Positions 56,029 through 63,969 of a DNA stretch of 64,000 nt are shown here, piece after piece. A program made the translations under genes and the position numbers. Under the pieces are notes generated by a model, which was not told where the DNA came from, ran no database searches, and worked only from the letters and a program-made list of their open reading frames with translations. Source of the DNA: a virus. The stretch's first letter is position 1. Each line of letters opens with the position of its first letter. The stretch covers positions 53,866 through 117,865 of the IMG/VR virus record IMGVR_UViG_3300017991_000060. The stretch is one strand, 5' to 3'.

Positions 56029-56504
56029 CACACCCCCACCTTCCCCGCGCCTTCGCACGTCGGGCACCGGACCTCCCCGGCCCCGCGGCACTCGTGACAG
56101 ATCGCCCCGTCGTGGCCGCCCTCGCCGCTCCCGGAGCACGAGGTACACATCACCGCGCCGGTGCCGCCGCAATCATCGCAGTCAGTCTCCGGCAAGTACT
56201 CGTCGTCCGCTCCGCACTTGCACCCGGTCCGCATCCCGCAGCGGTAGCACTTCTTCTGGAAGAGCTTCGCGCCCATGAGCGGTCCGAACACCCAAGCGGC
56301 CGGGAGGCGGTCGGAGCGCCCCAGGGCAAAGATGCACGAGAGGACCCCGGCGATGAAGTCCGCCTCGCTCTTGAGGCTTCCGGCGTCGGCCCGCTGATTC
56401 CCGGCCGCCTCGGCGTACTCGAAGATGGCCTCGCACTGGGCCTCGGTGAGCGGCTCTACACCTTCGCGGGCGAGCATCTCCCGCGCGAGTCTGTCCAGGT
56501 CCAT
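56028..56504 (-). CDS. Protein with DnaJ-type CxxCxGxG zinc finger
   Basis: CDDCGGTG, CTSCSGSG, CHECRGAG, CPTCEGAG; no J-domain. Confidence 0.8.
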   Translation of the reverse strand: MDLDRLAREMLAREGVEPLTEAQCEAIFEYAEAAGNQRADAGSLKSEADFIAGVLSCIFALGRSDRLPAAWVFGPLMGAKLFQKKCYRCGMRTGCKCGADDEYLPETDCDDCGGTGAVMCTSCSGSGEGGHDGAICHECRGAGEVRCPTCEGAGKVGV

Positions 56505-56821
56505 CAGTCGCTCCCTTCCGCGGCCGTCGCCGCCCTCTCGGCCTCGCACTCGGCGCACAGCTTGTCGCCGGGGAGCACGTACTCCCCGCAGTCGTCGCAC
56601 CGATGGCAGAACCCCCGGTGCGTGTAGTCGCACTTCTCGCAGTACTCCTCGCGGACGAAGGTGATCTCCTCCAGGGCGGCGAGGGCCTCCCTCCGCGCGT
56701 CGTCGAGCTCCCGCGCGTCCTCGGCGCGCGAGGCTCGGTCCAGGATGTCGGCGGCCTTGATGAGCGCCTCCACCGTGTCGTCCACGTCGAACCACTGGCC
56801 CAGGTGATATGCTCCGGCCAC
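56504..56821 (-). CDS. Cys-rich hypothetical protein
   Basis: GTG start after GAGGAGG; CEKC, CHRCDDC, CAEC. Confidence 0.7.
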   Translation of the reverse strand: MAGAYHLGQWFDVDDTVEALIKAADILDRASRAEDARELDDARREALAALEEITFVREEYCEKCDYTHRGFCHRCDDCGEYVLPGDKLCAECEAERAATAAEGSD

Positions 56822-56822
56822 G

Positions 56823-57026
56823 CTACACCTCCTCCCCGGCCGCCAGTCGGCGGTACCGCTTCTCCGTTCCCTGGTCATCCCAGCCGGTGCTCTGGCCAGG
56901 CACGATCACGAGGTACCCGTACGCGGCGCGCACCTCGACTCCGAACCCGTCCTCATCGGCCGCCGCCCGCACGGCGCGGGCAGCGGCGGAATCGACCGGG
57001 CGCACGATGAAGAATCGCTCGCTCAT
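56823..57026 (-). CDS. Hypothetical protein
   Basis: 67 aa, GAAGGAG SD. Confidence 0.7.
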   Translation of the reverse strand: MSERFFIVRPVDSAAARAVRAAADEDGFGVEVRAAYGYLVIVPGQSTGWDDQGTEKRYRRLAAGEEV

Positions 57027-57039
57027 CGCCCGCTCCTTC

Positions 57040-57222
57040 CTACTCCCCCAACGTGTCGAATATCGGGGTTCCGTCCTTGCGTTCGCCGTGGGGGTTGTCG
57101 CACACGGGGTCCTCCCACCCCTCCTCCGAGGCGAAGATGGGCTCGGCGTCCTCGTGCGGTTTGCACTCCGCGCAGTACGCCGCCCCGTCGTGCGTCCAGC
57201 CCACGATCTCCCATGCCTTCAC
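57040..57222 (-). CDS. Small acidic Cys/His protein
   Basis: YCAEC...CDNPH; GTG after GAGGAG. Confidence 0.7.
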   Translation of the reverse strand: MKAWEIVGWTHDGAAYCAECKPHEDAEPIFASEEGWEDPVCDNPHGERKDGTPIFDTLGE

Positions 57223-57236
57223 TTGTCCGCTCCTCT

Positions 57237-57252
57237 CTGACCGGCGGGCCTA
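57237..57252 (-). repeat. Class A motif: TAG-N6-CGGTCAG-RR-AGGAG
   Basis: TAG GCCCGC CGGTCAG AG AGGAG. Confidence 0.88.
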
Positions 57253-57546
57253 CAGCACCCGCAAACCCAGCTTCTTCGCCTTGCGCTTCGCCTCCCGCCT
57301 CCGGCACGCGAGGGCGGCCTGGTACACGTCGTCGTACGAGCCGACGCTTCGGAGCGTCTCCTCGATGCGCTTGATGGTGGCCTTCGTCTGTTCGACCCGT
57401 TCCGTCATGCCGCGCTTGGCGAACCGTTCGCGGCGGTCGGCCAGCCGACAGAGACGCGCGGCAGTGCGGGCGCACTGGGCTTTGCTCCACCGCTTATCCA
57501 ATGGCTTCGTGTTCACTGGCTTCCTGGGCCTCTTCCGCTTGCTCAT
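57250..57546 (-). CDS. Highly basic hypothetical protein
   Basis: MSKRKRPRKP...RRREAKRKAKKLGLRVL, 98 aa. Confidence 0.7.
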   Translation of the reverse strand: MSKRKRPRKPVNTKPLDKRWSKAQCARTAARLCRLADRRERFAKRGMTERVEQTKATIKRIEETLRSVGSYDDVYQAALACRRREAKRKAKKLGLRVL

Positions 57547-57890
57547 CGCTCGCTCGTTCCTTCCTGGTGGGCGCGAGGCCCCCCTCCGGGGGATTGAGAC
57601 CTGATGATCCCGTCCTTGATCGCGCCCTCCACGATGGTCTGGCGCTCCTCCTCGGTGAGCTCCCCCCACCAGTGGGGGGCCTTGTCATCGTTGTCGGGGC
57701 TCCGGCGGCCGTCGGGGTACTCGACGGTCCCGTTGGAACCGTCGCCCCCGAGGGGAGTCGGGTTTTTCGCTTCGCTCAAGGCGCGCCAGAGCTTGCGGTA
57801 GAGGTCATTCCCCACGCCTGGGATGCACTCGGCCACCTCGTCGGCGGTCCAGTACTCCAGCTCGGCGGGGCACTTGGTGGGTTCGCGCAT
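57543..57890 (-). CDS. Hypothetical protein
   Basis: ATG 57890 after GAAGGAG; 115 aa. Confidence 0.7.
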   Translation of the reverse strand: MREPTKCPAELEYWTADEVAECIPGVGNDLYRKLWRALSEAKNPTPLGGDGSNGTVEYPDGRRSPDNDDKAPHWWGELTEEERQTIVEGAIKDGIIRSQSPGGGPRAHQEGTSER

Positions 57891-57908
57891 CGTCTCTCTC
57901 CTTCCTTC

Positions 57909-57924
57909 CTGACCGAGCGGCCTA
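57909..57924 (-). repeat. Class A motif
   Basis: TAG GCCGCT CGGTCAG GA AGGAAGGAG. Confidence 0.88.
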
Positions 57925-58977
57925 CGAGGCCACCCGTGCTTCTGCCACCACCGCGGGGAGCGGCGGCAGCTCGATCTCCTCACGCCAGCCCGGCCGGAAC
58001 ACATCGAGGAACCCTTCCAAGAGGGACCGGCGCGGGTACAACTTGATGGAATACCTGGAGTCCGGCCCTACCTCGACCAGCCCCTCCTCGTCTGTCTCCG
58101 CGGCCTTGGGGTCCTTCCAGACCTCCAAGAGATTCCGGCCGATGATCGCGCGCTGGGGCCGCTTCCAAGCGCGGGCGTTCTTCTTCGTGGGGCGGAGGTA
58201 CTCCCTCTTCAGGAACCGCGACAGCGCGCGGCCCAACTTCGTGGTGGCGGTGTCATGCGTGGACACCTCGACCAGCCCGAACCCGATCAGCGGGTTGTAG
58301 TCTTTCCGGTGCTTGTCCACTGTCTTTGGCTTCGGTGAGTACGCCTCGTTCGCCATACGGAGAAGGAGGGTGCGCGACGCTTGGGGGAGCCGGAAGCGGA
58401 TGGCGTCGAGCTCCTCATCTGAGATGAGGTCGCCACGCACCGCCTCGACCTCGGCCTCGGCCTTGGCGAGCGCCTCTTCCGCGCGGGCGAGGGCGGCCGG
58501 GAGGTCGGAGAGCTTCTGGAGGGCGACGGCGTGAGCCTTCGCCGCCGCCACCGGCGAGTGGAACCCGCGCTCGGTGATCTGGAAGAGGTGAACGTACGGC
58601 TTGAGCGCGGGGCGGCCGTATACGACGTGCCGCAAGCGGCTCGCGGCTTCGCGGAACGCGCGCTTCGCCTCGCCGTACTCCACGAGGACCTTCTGCGCGT
58701 GCGGCGTGGGATCGCCCCACCCCTTGAGGGAGCGGCATCGGTTCTTCGCCTTCTCAGCCGCCCGGAGGGCCGTGCGCGCCTTCCGGTACTCCTGGTCGTA
58801 CTGGAGGAAGAATGGCTCGTCGAGGGCCGCCTGGAGGTCCCTACCGGCCTTGGCTGCGGCTTCCAGCGAGCCGTGCGTTCGGATGGCGAGGTCGAGTTCG
58901 GAGCGGATGTTCGCAACCGTCTGTCTTCGCCACTGTGCACCTTGCTCGGCGTGTTTGAGGTCCTCTTTCGTTTGCAT
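57922..58977 (-). CDS. Hypothetical coiled-coil protein
   Basis: 351 aa, Ala/Arg-rich helices, GGGAGG SD. Confidence 0.75.
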   Translation of the reverse strand: MQTKEDLKHAEQGAQWRRQTVANIRSELDLAIRTHGSLEAAAKAGRDLQAALDEPFFLQYDQEYRKARTALRAAEKAKNRCRSLKGWGDPTPHAQKVLVEYGEAKRAFREAASRLRHVVYGRPALKPYVHLFQITERGFHSPVAAAKAHAVALQKLSDLPAALARAEEALAKAEAEVEAVRGDLISDEELDAIRFRLPQASRTLLLRMANEAYSPKPKTVDKHRKDYNPLIGFGLVEVSTHDTATTKLGRALSRFLKREYLRPTKKNARAWKRPQRAIIGRNLLEVWKDPKAAETDEEGLVEVGPDSRYSIKLYPRRSLLEGFLDVFRPGWREEIELPPLPAVVAEARVAS

Positions 58978-58995
58978 CGCAGCCTCCCTGGTCTT

Positions 58996-59118
58996 TCATG
59001 TCCGGCCGTTGAGGTCCTCCCTGGTGAGCGAGCTCTCCGCGAGGAGGTCCCCCTCGACCTCGTGTTCGTTGAGGACCTCCTCGTCCCCCCTACCGCAGAT
59101 GTGGCATTTCCTCGGCAT
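58996..59118 (-). CDS. 40-aa hypothetical peptide
   Basis: MPRKCHICGRGDEEVLNEH...; AAAGGAGG SD. Confidence 0.55.
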   Translation of the reverse strand: MPRKCHICGRGDEEVLNEHEVEGDLLAESSLTREDLNGRT

Positions 59119-59132
59119 AGCACGCCCTCCTT

Positions 59133-60278
59133 TCATGCCCCCCGGATGGGGTGGCAAAACTCCGGCCCGTGGTCCTCATCGACAGAGGCGACGAGCGCCT
59201 CCCAGTGCTCCGGCTCCGGCTCGGTGCGGTCGGTCCAGTCGGGCGCGCGGAGCGCCTTCTTCGCGCGCTTGAGAGCGGCGGCCGTCGCGGTGTCCTCGGC
59301 TTTCTCGGCTTCCTCGATCTCCTTGCGAAGCCGGGCCACCTTGTTCGCGTATTTCCCCCAGTCATCAGGAAGGAGCCCGGCGCGTACGGCGAGCCCCTTC
59401 CAGTCCGTCGGGAGGAGCCCCTCCGCTACCAAGCGCGCGCGCCAGCTCCAATTGCGGGGCTTGGTGTCCTCGGGTCCCTTGTCAGCCTTCGTCCGGGTGA
59501 GCCCCAGGCCATTGCATTTGCTCAGGCCGTGCTTGCCCGTCTCGGCGCGGTACTCGATGACCGCGGCGAGGAGGGCGAGGTCGGGGTGCCGCCGCGCGAG
59601 GTCAAACACTTCCTCGGGGCGCGCGGCCGGGCAGAAAAAGCACGCCGACTTCGGGCAGCACCGGGCAGAGATGCTACGCTCGAACTCGTCGCCCATCTCC
59701 TTGCGGATGATCGCGATGAGGTCGGGCCGCTCCAGGCCCCAAACGGACTGGAGGGGGTACCAGAACTCCCAACGGTTCTCGCCTTTCCCCTCGGCTTGCC
59801 GCTTCTCCTCCCGCTTCGCCCAGGCACCGAACCGCTTGCGGTCCGCGGGGGAGTTGTCGTACCCGATGGCGCGGATGACCCTACGTCCCTCGCGGAGCGC
59901 ACGCTTCGCTGGCTTCCAGGCGAGCACGTCCGCGTCGAGCGGGCCATGCTTCCACTTGATGGAGCACGAGGACGGCCCAAAGGAGAGGCCGGGGAGGGTG
60001 TCGTTCGCGAGGCAGTTCCCGTGCAGCGTCGTGTACGGCGCGCGTTTCGGCTCGTAACGAACGACCGTCACGCCAGGGAACCCCACGTCCTTGCACCAGC
60101 GGTGCATGATCCCGACGGTGACGTACGTGTCCGGCGACTCGCTCCCCACGTCCGCGAAGATGATCCGGTCGGGGCGGATGCCCTCCCGGTGGAGGAGGAC
60201 GAGCATCGCGGTTGAGTCCACGCCCGCCCCGTACGAGACGACCAGCGGTCCGTCGCACGGCAAAAGGTCCCTACCCAT
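59133..60278 (-). CDS. PP-loop (PAPS reductase-like) protein 1
   Basis: VVSYGAGVDSTAML, IFADVGSESPDTY, SCSIKWK, IGYD, WYPL, PKSACFFCP. Confidence 0.88.
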   Translation of the reverse strand: MGRDLLPCDGPLVVSYGAGVDSTAMLVLLHREGIRPDRIIFADVGSESPDTYVTVGIMHRWCKDVGFPGVTVVRYEPKRAPYTTLHGNCLANDTLPGLSFGPSSCSIKWKHGPLDADVLAWKPAKRALREGRRVIRAIGYDNSPADRKRFGAWAKREEKRQAEGKGENRWEFWYPLQSVWGLERPDLIAIIRKEMGDEFERSISARCCPKSACFFCPAARPEEVFDLARRHPDLALLAAVIEYRAETGKHGLSKCNGLGLTRTKADKGPEDTKPRNWSWRARLVAEGLLPTDWKGLAVRAGLLPDDWGKYANKVARLRKEIEEAEKAEDTATAAALKRAKKALRAPDWTDRTEPEPEHWEALVASVDEDHGPEFCHPIRGA

Positions 60279-60522
60279 CGCTCTCCTCCTCGGCGCGGAC
60301 CAGGCCCGCGCACAGTTGGCAACGCCCATCGTCGTCGAGGTCGTCGGCGGTCCCGCACTCGCGGCAGTACCCATCGTACGCGCCGGGCGCTTGGCACTCG
60401 CCCTCCCCGTCGCACCCGGCCGCCTCGCACTCGTGGCAGAACGCCGGGACGGTCCAGTCGTCAGAGATGGCGATCTCCATGCAATCCCGGCACCGGCAGT
60501 TCGTGTACCCGCTCTGGGCCAT
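60271..60522 (-). CDS. Small Cys-rich acidic protein
   Basis: CRCRDC, CHEC, CREC, CQLC in 83 aa. Confidence 0.72.
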   Translation of the reverse strand: MAQSGYTNCRCRDCMEIAISDDWTVPAFCHECEAAGCDGEGECQAPGAYDGYCRECGTADDLDDDGRCQLCAGLVRAEEESDG

Positions 60523-60537
60523 CCCTCGCGCTCCTTC

Positions 60538-60553
60538 CTGACCGGCGCGCCTA
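60538..60553 (-). repeat. Class A motif
   Basis: TAG GCGCGC CGGTCAG GA AGGAG. Confidence 0.88.
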
Positions 60554-60718
60554 CACGCGCCGGAGCTCTGACCAGCGACCCTCGATGATGAGAGGGTCGC
60601 GGGAGGTGTTGATCGAGGCGGCGTACTCGGCCGCCGCCTCGCGGGTGGGGAACACCCGTTGCGCTCCCGGCGGGAGCTCGTCGTACGGCACGAACGGGCA
60701 CCCTCTCCACGTCTCCAT
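60551..60718 (-). CDS. 55-aa hypothetical protein
   Basis: METWRGCPFVPYDELPPGAQRVFPTREAAAEYAAS...; GAGGAGG SD; not in the ORF track. Confidence 0.65.
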   Translation of the reverse strand: METWRGCPFVPYDELPPGAQRVFPTREAAAEYAASINTSRDPLIIEGRWSELRRV

Positions 60719-60733
60719 GCTTTCCTCCTCTCC

Positions 60734-60749
60734 CTACGGGTTCGGTCAG
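60734..60749 (-). repeat. Class B motif: CTGACCG-A-N4-GTAG before SD
   Basis: CTGACCG AACCC GTAG GGAGAGGAGG, preceded by the GCCGCC-GC-GGCGGC hairpin. Confidence 0.82.
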
Positions 60750-60763
60750 GCCGCCGCGGCGGC

Positions 60764-61321
60764 CTAGTCCTCCTCCGCGTCGCAGTTCGGGCAGAGCCCA
60801 CAGTCGAGCTCTTCCCCGCACTCCTCGCACTCGCCGCAGTCCGGGCACTCCCCGTCGTCGTCGAGCTCCGCCCCGCAGACTTCGCAGACGCCGCACTCGT
60901 CGTCGTACTCGCACGCGCCCGAGGCTTCGAGCTCGGCCCACCGCTTCTCCGCCTCGCGCTCCTCGGCTTCCAGGCGGACGATGAGCGTCGTCAGCGGCTC
61001 GCCCTCGGGGAGCGCGGCGCACGGTCCCTCCAGGACCACGTAGACGTATCCCCCCGGCGAGTACGGACGCCTCCACCGGAGGGTCCACCCGGTGAGCGCA
61101 TCCCATCCCTCGTCGATGCACCGGCGGATGGCTTCGCCCACGCGCCGGAGCGCCTCCTTCCGCGTCTCGACGCTGGGCGGGGTGCCCTTCTCGCTCACCC
61201 GGCCGGGCACGCAACCGGGGAGCCCCTCCTCGACCTCGGACGCGATGAGTCGCGCGCCCCAGGCATCCTCGACCGTCGGCTCCAGCCCGAACCAGTGCTC
61301 CGTCACGTTCTCGCTACCCAT
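60764..61321 (-). CDS. Hypothetical protein with Cys/acidic C-terminal repeats
   Basis: CEYDDECGVCEVCGAELDDDGECPDCGECEECGEELDCGLCPNC. Confidence 0.75.
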   Translation of the reverse strand: MGSENVTEHWFGLEPTVEDAWGARLIASEVEEGLPGCVPGRVSEKGTPPSVETRKEALRRVGEAIRRCIDEGWDALTGWTLRWRRPYSPGGYVYVVLEGPCAALPEGEPLTTLIVRLEAEEREAEKRWAELEASGACEYDDECGVCEVCGAELDDDGECPDCGECEECGEELDCGLCPNCDAEED

Positions 61322-61348
61322 CGCTCACCTCCTGGTGGTTTCTCGCTT

Positions 61349-61406
61349 GCCCTCGTCAGGGCCGGTTCCACCGGCCGACGCGGGGGCGCATCCCCGCGTT
61401 TCGGGC
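61349..61406 (-). ncRNA. Type II hammerhead self-cleaving ribozyme
   Basis: GCCC-GAAA-CGCGGGG-AUGCGC-CCCCGCG-UC/cut/-GGCCGG-UGGAA-CCGGCC-CUGACGA-GGGC: all core nucleotides (GAAA, GUC, CUGANGA), 8-bp stem III, 6-bp stem I and open 4-bp stem II. Confidence 0.92.
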
Positions 61407-61409
61407 TGG

Positions 61410-61709
61410 CTACAGCCTCCCGCCGCTCGCGTGCTTCGCGGCGACGACCATCTCGTACGTCGCGCGGAGGGCGGGTGTCTCCGCGTCGCTCAGGTTCGCG
61501 AGGACCTCGACCACGAGGCCGCGGATCGCCGCGCGGTACCGCTCCCCCAGGGCTTCCTCGACCCGTTGCACGTCGTCGAGGGAAAGCGTGTACTCCTCGC
61601 CGCACTCCGGGCACGTCTCCCGCTCGTAATCGACGAGGACCGCGAGGCCATCCAGCGTCGCCCCGCACTCGTGCGCCTCGCCGCACCGCTCACACGTCAC
61701 GCTCACCAT
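61410..61709 (-). CDS. Zn-ribbon hypothetical protein
   Basis: CERC...CPEC; ATG after GAAGGAG. Confidence 0.72.
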   Translation of the reverse strand: MVSVTCERCGEAHECGATLDGLAVLVDYERETCPECGEEYTLSLDDVQRVEEALGERYRAAIRGLVVEVLANLSDAETPALRATYEMVVAAKHASGGRL

Positions 61710-61722
61710 CGCTCGCTCCTTC

Positions 61723-61738
61723 CTGACCGGGCGGCCTA
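61723..61738 (-). repeat. Class A motif
   Basis: TAG GCCGCC CGGTCAG GA AGGAG. Confidence 0.88.
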
Positions 61739-62023
61739 CAGCGGCTTCCAGCCCCCGCCCGTGTGGTACTCGATGTCCGTGCATCCCCAGCCGCCGCGCC
61801 CCCAGTCGTCCAGGGGCTCGAACCCGGAGGCGCGCCCGTCGAGGTCCACGAAGAACCCCTCCCCGTAGACCTCCCCGTCCGCGTCCTTCAGGCGGAACCG
61901 CTCCGCGTCCGGGTGTGTTGCGATGTCCTCACCGGCGAGGGTCGCCCCCCGCGGCCCGACCAGTCCGACCCGTTGGTCCGACTCGATGTAGTCTCGGGTG
62001 ATGACCCAGGCGTACTTGCTCAT
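61736..62023 (-). CDS. Hypothetical phage protein
   Basis: FRLKDADGEVYGEG...FEPLDDWG...GCTDIEY; 95 aa. Confidence 0.75.
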   Translation of the reverse strand: MSKYAWVITRDYIESDQRVGLVGPRGATLAGEDIATHPDAERFRLKDADGEVYGEGFFVDLDGRASGFEPLDDWGRGGWGCTDIEYHTGGGWKPL

Positions 62024-62268
62024 TCTTCCCTCCCCTCGTGGTCGATGCGGTGGCTCCAGCGGCGCTCGTGCTTGTTGAGGTACTCCAAGGTCTCCGGGGC
62101 GCAGGACCCCGGACCGTCGAAGAGACGCCGCACTTCCTCCTCGTGGTCCTCGTCGAGCTTGAAGCAGTAGAAGTTCCCCCGGATGGGTCGGCCGATGGAG
62201 ATGATCCCGGCCCCTTGGCAGACCACATAGATGAAGCCGGGGTGCGTCTGCGGGTTGAGCGATTGCAT
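62020..62268 (-). CDS. Hypothetical protein
   Basis: 82 aa, GAGGAGG SD. Confidence 0.7.
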   Translation of the reverse strand: MQSLNPQTHPGFIYVVCQGAGIISIGRPIRGNFYCFKLDEDHEEEVRRLFDGPGSCAPETLEYLNKHERRWSHRIDHEGREE

Positions 62269-62281
62269 GTCCTTCCCTCCT

Positions 62282-62297
62282 CTACAGGTTCGGTCAG
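62282..62297 (-). repeat. Class B motif
   Basis: CTGACCG AACCT GTAG AGGAGG. Confidence 0.82.
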
Positions 62298-62307
62298 GGC
62301 CGGGCGG

Positions 62308-63477
62308 CTAGCTCGGCCCCGCGTTCTCTCCGAAGGCTCCGGCCGGGAGCTTCCACGCCCCCTCCGGTACGATGATCCGTCCGCGGTACTGCTCGCGCCC
62401 CGCGGCGGCGGCGATCCGTTCGGCCGCGCCACCGAGGCACGCCTGGTACACCTCGCCCCGGTCGGCGCGCTCCCTGAGCGTCTCCGAACGGTGGAGGGTG
62501 CCCTTGAACCGCTTGCCCTTGCACTTCGGGCAGCGGTCCGTCCCGGAGGCGAAGCCCGCCCCGCACTTCTTGCACCGCGTGCTCCAGTGGTCTACGAACG
62601 TGTCCTCCAGGGTGGCGATTGCCTGGAAGCGGTCGGGGTAAATGTGGCGGAGGCTCGCCCACTGATTCGGGGAGCCGAAGATGCAAGCGGCACACGAGAG
62701 GCGGCCCCAGCCCAGGCGGTACGCGGCATGGGGGGCGACGCGCCACCGCTCGATGATCGCCCACACCTCGGCCTCGGCCCAGGCGTGCACCGGACGCCAG
62801 CGGTCGATGTGCCTACGCACCCGCTTCCCGTTGCGCGAGTCGGCCCGGTCGGGCTCGAACACCTTGTACTTCGCCCGGTTCGAGCTCTCCTCGGCGCGCT
62901 CCCCGGTGACGGTGAGCGTCCGGCCCCGCTGGAACCGGGGGTCCTTGATGAGTGCCTTGTCCGCGGCGTCGATCTTCAGGAGGGCGGAGCACCACCGGGC
63001 GCGGAGGTCGGCCGACACCTGGGGGAAGCAGAAGCGGGTCCCGACCTTCGCCCGCTCGCCACCGTGGCGGAGCACCTGGACCTTGCCGCCTACCACTTGC
63101 TCCCAAGCGTACCCGGCCGACTTCGCATCCCGCTTCAGGAGCTCCCGCTCGAACCCGCCCTGCTTCCACTGGAAGAGGACCCGCACTCCGAAGGCGTCGC
63201 CCAGGGCTCGGACGTACGACGGGACATCGAGCCAGTCGAAGAGGGCGCTACCTTCTCTCCCGTCGATGCAGTGGTGCCACAGCTCGATCTTCTCCCGAGG
63301 CACGCCCAGCTCCAGGAGGTACAGGAAGCACGCCAGCGAGTCCTTCCCGCCGGACGTGCAGACGACCACCCGGTCGTACGTCCGGGGGTCGCACGGGAGC
63401 GCCGCGACGTTGTGCTGGGGGGCGCTCGTCGGCGCGGCGAACTTCGGCGCGCAAGGCGCGCAGCTCGGAACCTTCAT
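62308..63477 (-). CDS. PP-loop (PAPS reductase/DndC-like) protein 2 with Zn-ribbon insert
   Basis: VVCTSGGKDSLAC, RWCSALLKI, TGERAEESSNRA, WRPVHAWAEAEVW, AYRLGWGRLSCAACIF; CKKC...CPKC insert. Confidence 0.9.
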   Translation of the reverse strand: MKVPSCAPCAPKFAAPTSAPQHNVAALPCDPRTYDRVVVCTSGGKDSLACFLYLLELGVPREKIELWHHCIDGREGSALFDWLDVPSYVRALGDAFGVRVLFQWKQGGFERELLKRDAKSAGYAWEQVVGGKVQVLRHGGERAKVGTRFCFPQVSADLRARWCSALLKIDAADKALIKDPRFQRGRTLTVTGERAEESSNRAKYKVFEPDRADSRNGKRVRRHIDRWRPVHAWAEAEVWAIIERWRVAPHAAYRLGWGRLSCAACIFGSPNQWASLRHIYPDRFQAIATLEDTFVDHWSTRCKKCGAGFASGTDRCPKCKGKRFKGTLHRSETLRERADRGEVYQACLGGAAERIAAAAGREQYRGRIIVPEGAWKLPAGAFGENAGPS

Positions 63478-63490
63478 CGTCCTCTCCTCT

Positions 63491-63506
63491 CTGACCGGCG
63501 GCCCTA
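63491..63506 (-). repeat. Class A motif
   Basis: TAG GGCCGC CGGTCAG AG AGGAG. Confidence 0.88.
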
Positions 63507-63956
63507 CAGCGAAGCGAGCCGCCGGTGGATGTTCTCGTTGTGGACCTTGACGGCCTCGTCGCACTTCTCCAGGAGCTCCGCGGCCTTGCACCCGTACCGC
63601 TCGTGCAGCGGCGTGTACCCGGACGTGAGCCGCCCGTGCGCGGTCCGCCCCCCGTAATCCTCCTCCGACCTCCGGATGGCCGCCGCGAAGCCCGCGCCCG
63701 CCACCGTGGCGAGGAGGCACCCGTGCGACAGCCCGTAGAGCTCGGCCGCCGGGCTGTCCGGGCTGTTGAACCCGTCCCGGAAGCACTGCACCAGGAGGGC
63801 CTTCGCGGCGTGAATGCTCCCCCGGTCGCCGCGCTCGATGCGGAGCGCCTCGCTCCAGAGGCGCGGCCCGGTGTGGTCGTGGCACGAGAAGGCGTACTCG
63901 ACGGCCTGGTACGCCCGGTTGATGATCTCGCGTTCCTTCCTCGTGTACTCGCTCAT
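63504..63956 (-). CDS. Hypothetical protein
   Basis: 150 aa, GAGGAG SD. Confidence 0.75.
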   Translation of the reverse strand: MSEYTRKEREIINRAYQAVEYAFSCHDHTGPRLWSEALRIERGDRGSIHAAKALLVQCFRDGFNSPDSPAAELYGLSHGCLLATVAGAGFAAAIRRSEEDYGGRTAHGRLTSGYTPLHERYGCKAAELLEKCDEAVKVHNENIHRRLASL

Positions 63957-63969
63957 CGCTCGCTCCTCT

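Noticed and set aside
581-63657. Long plus-strand ORFs (e.g. 9135-11861, 22384-25641, 30660-34148, 62038-63657)
   Set aside because: Antisense shadows of real minus-strand genes, expected from high GC3; no SD or recognisable motifs.
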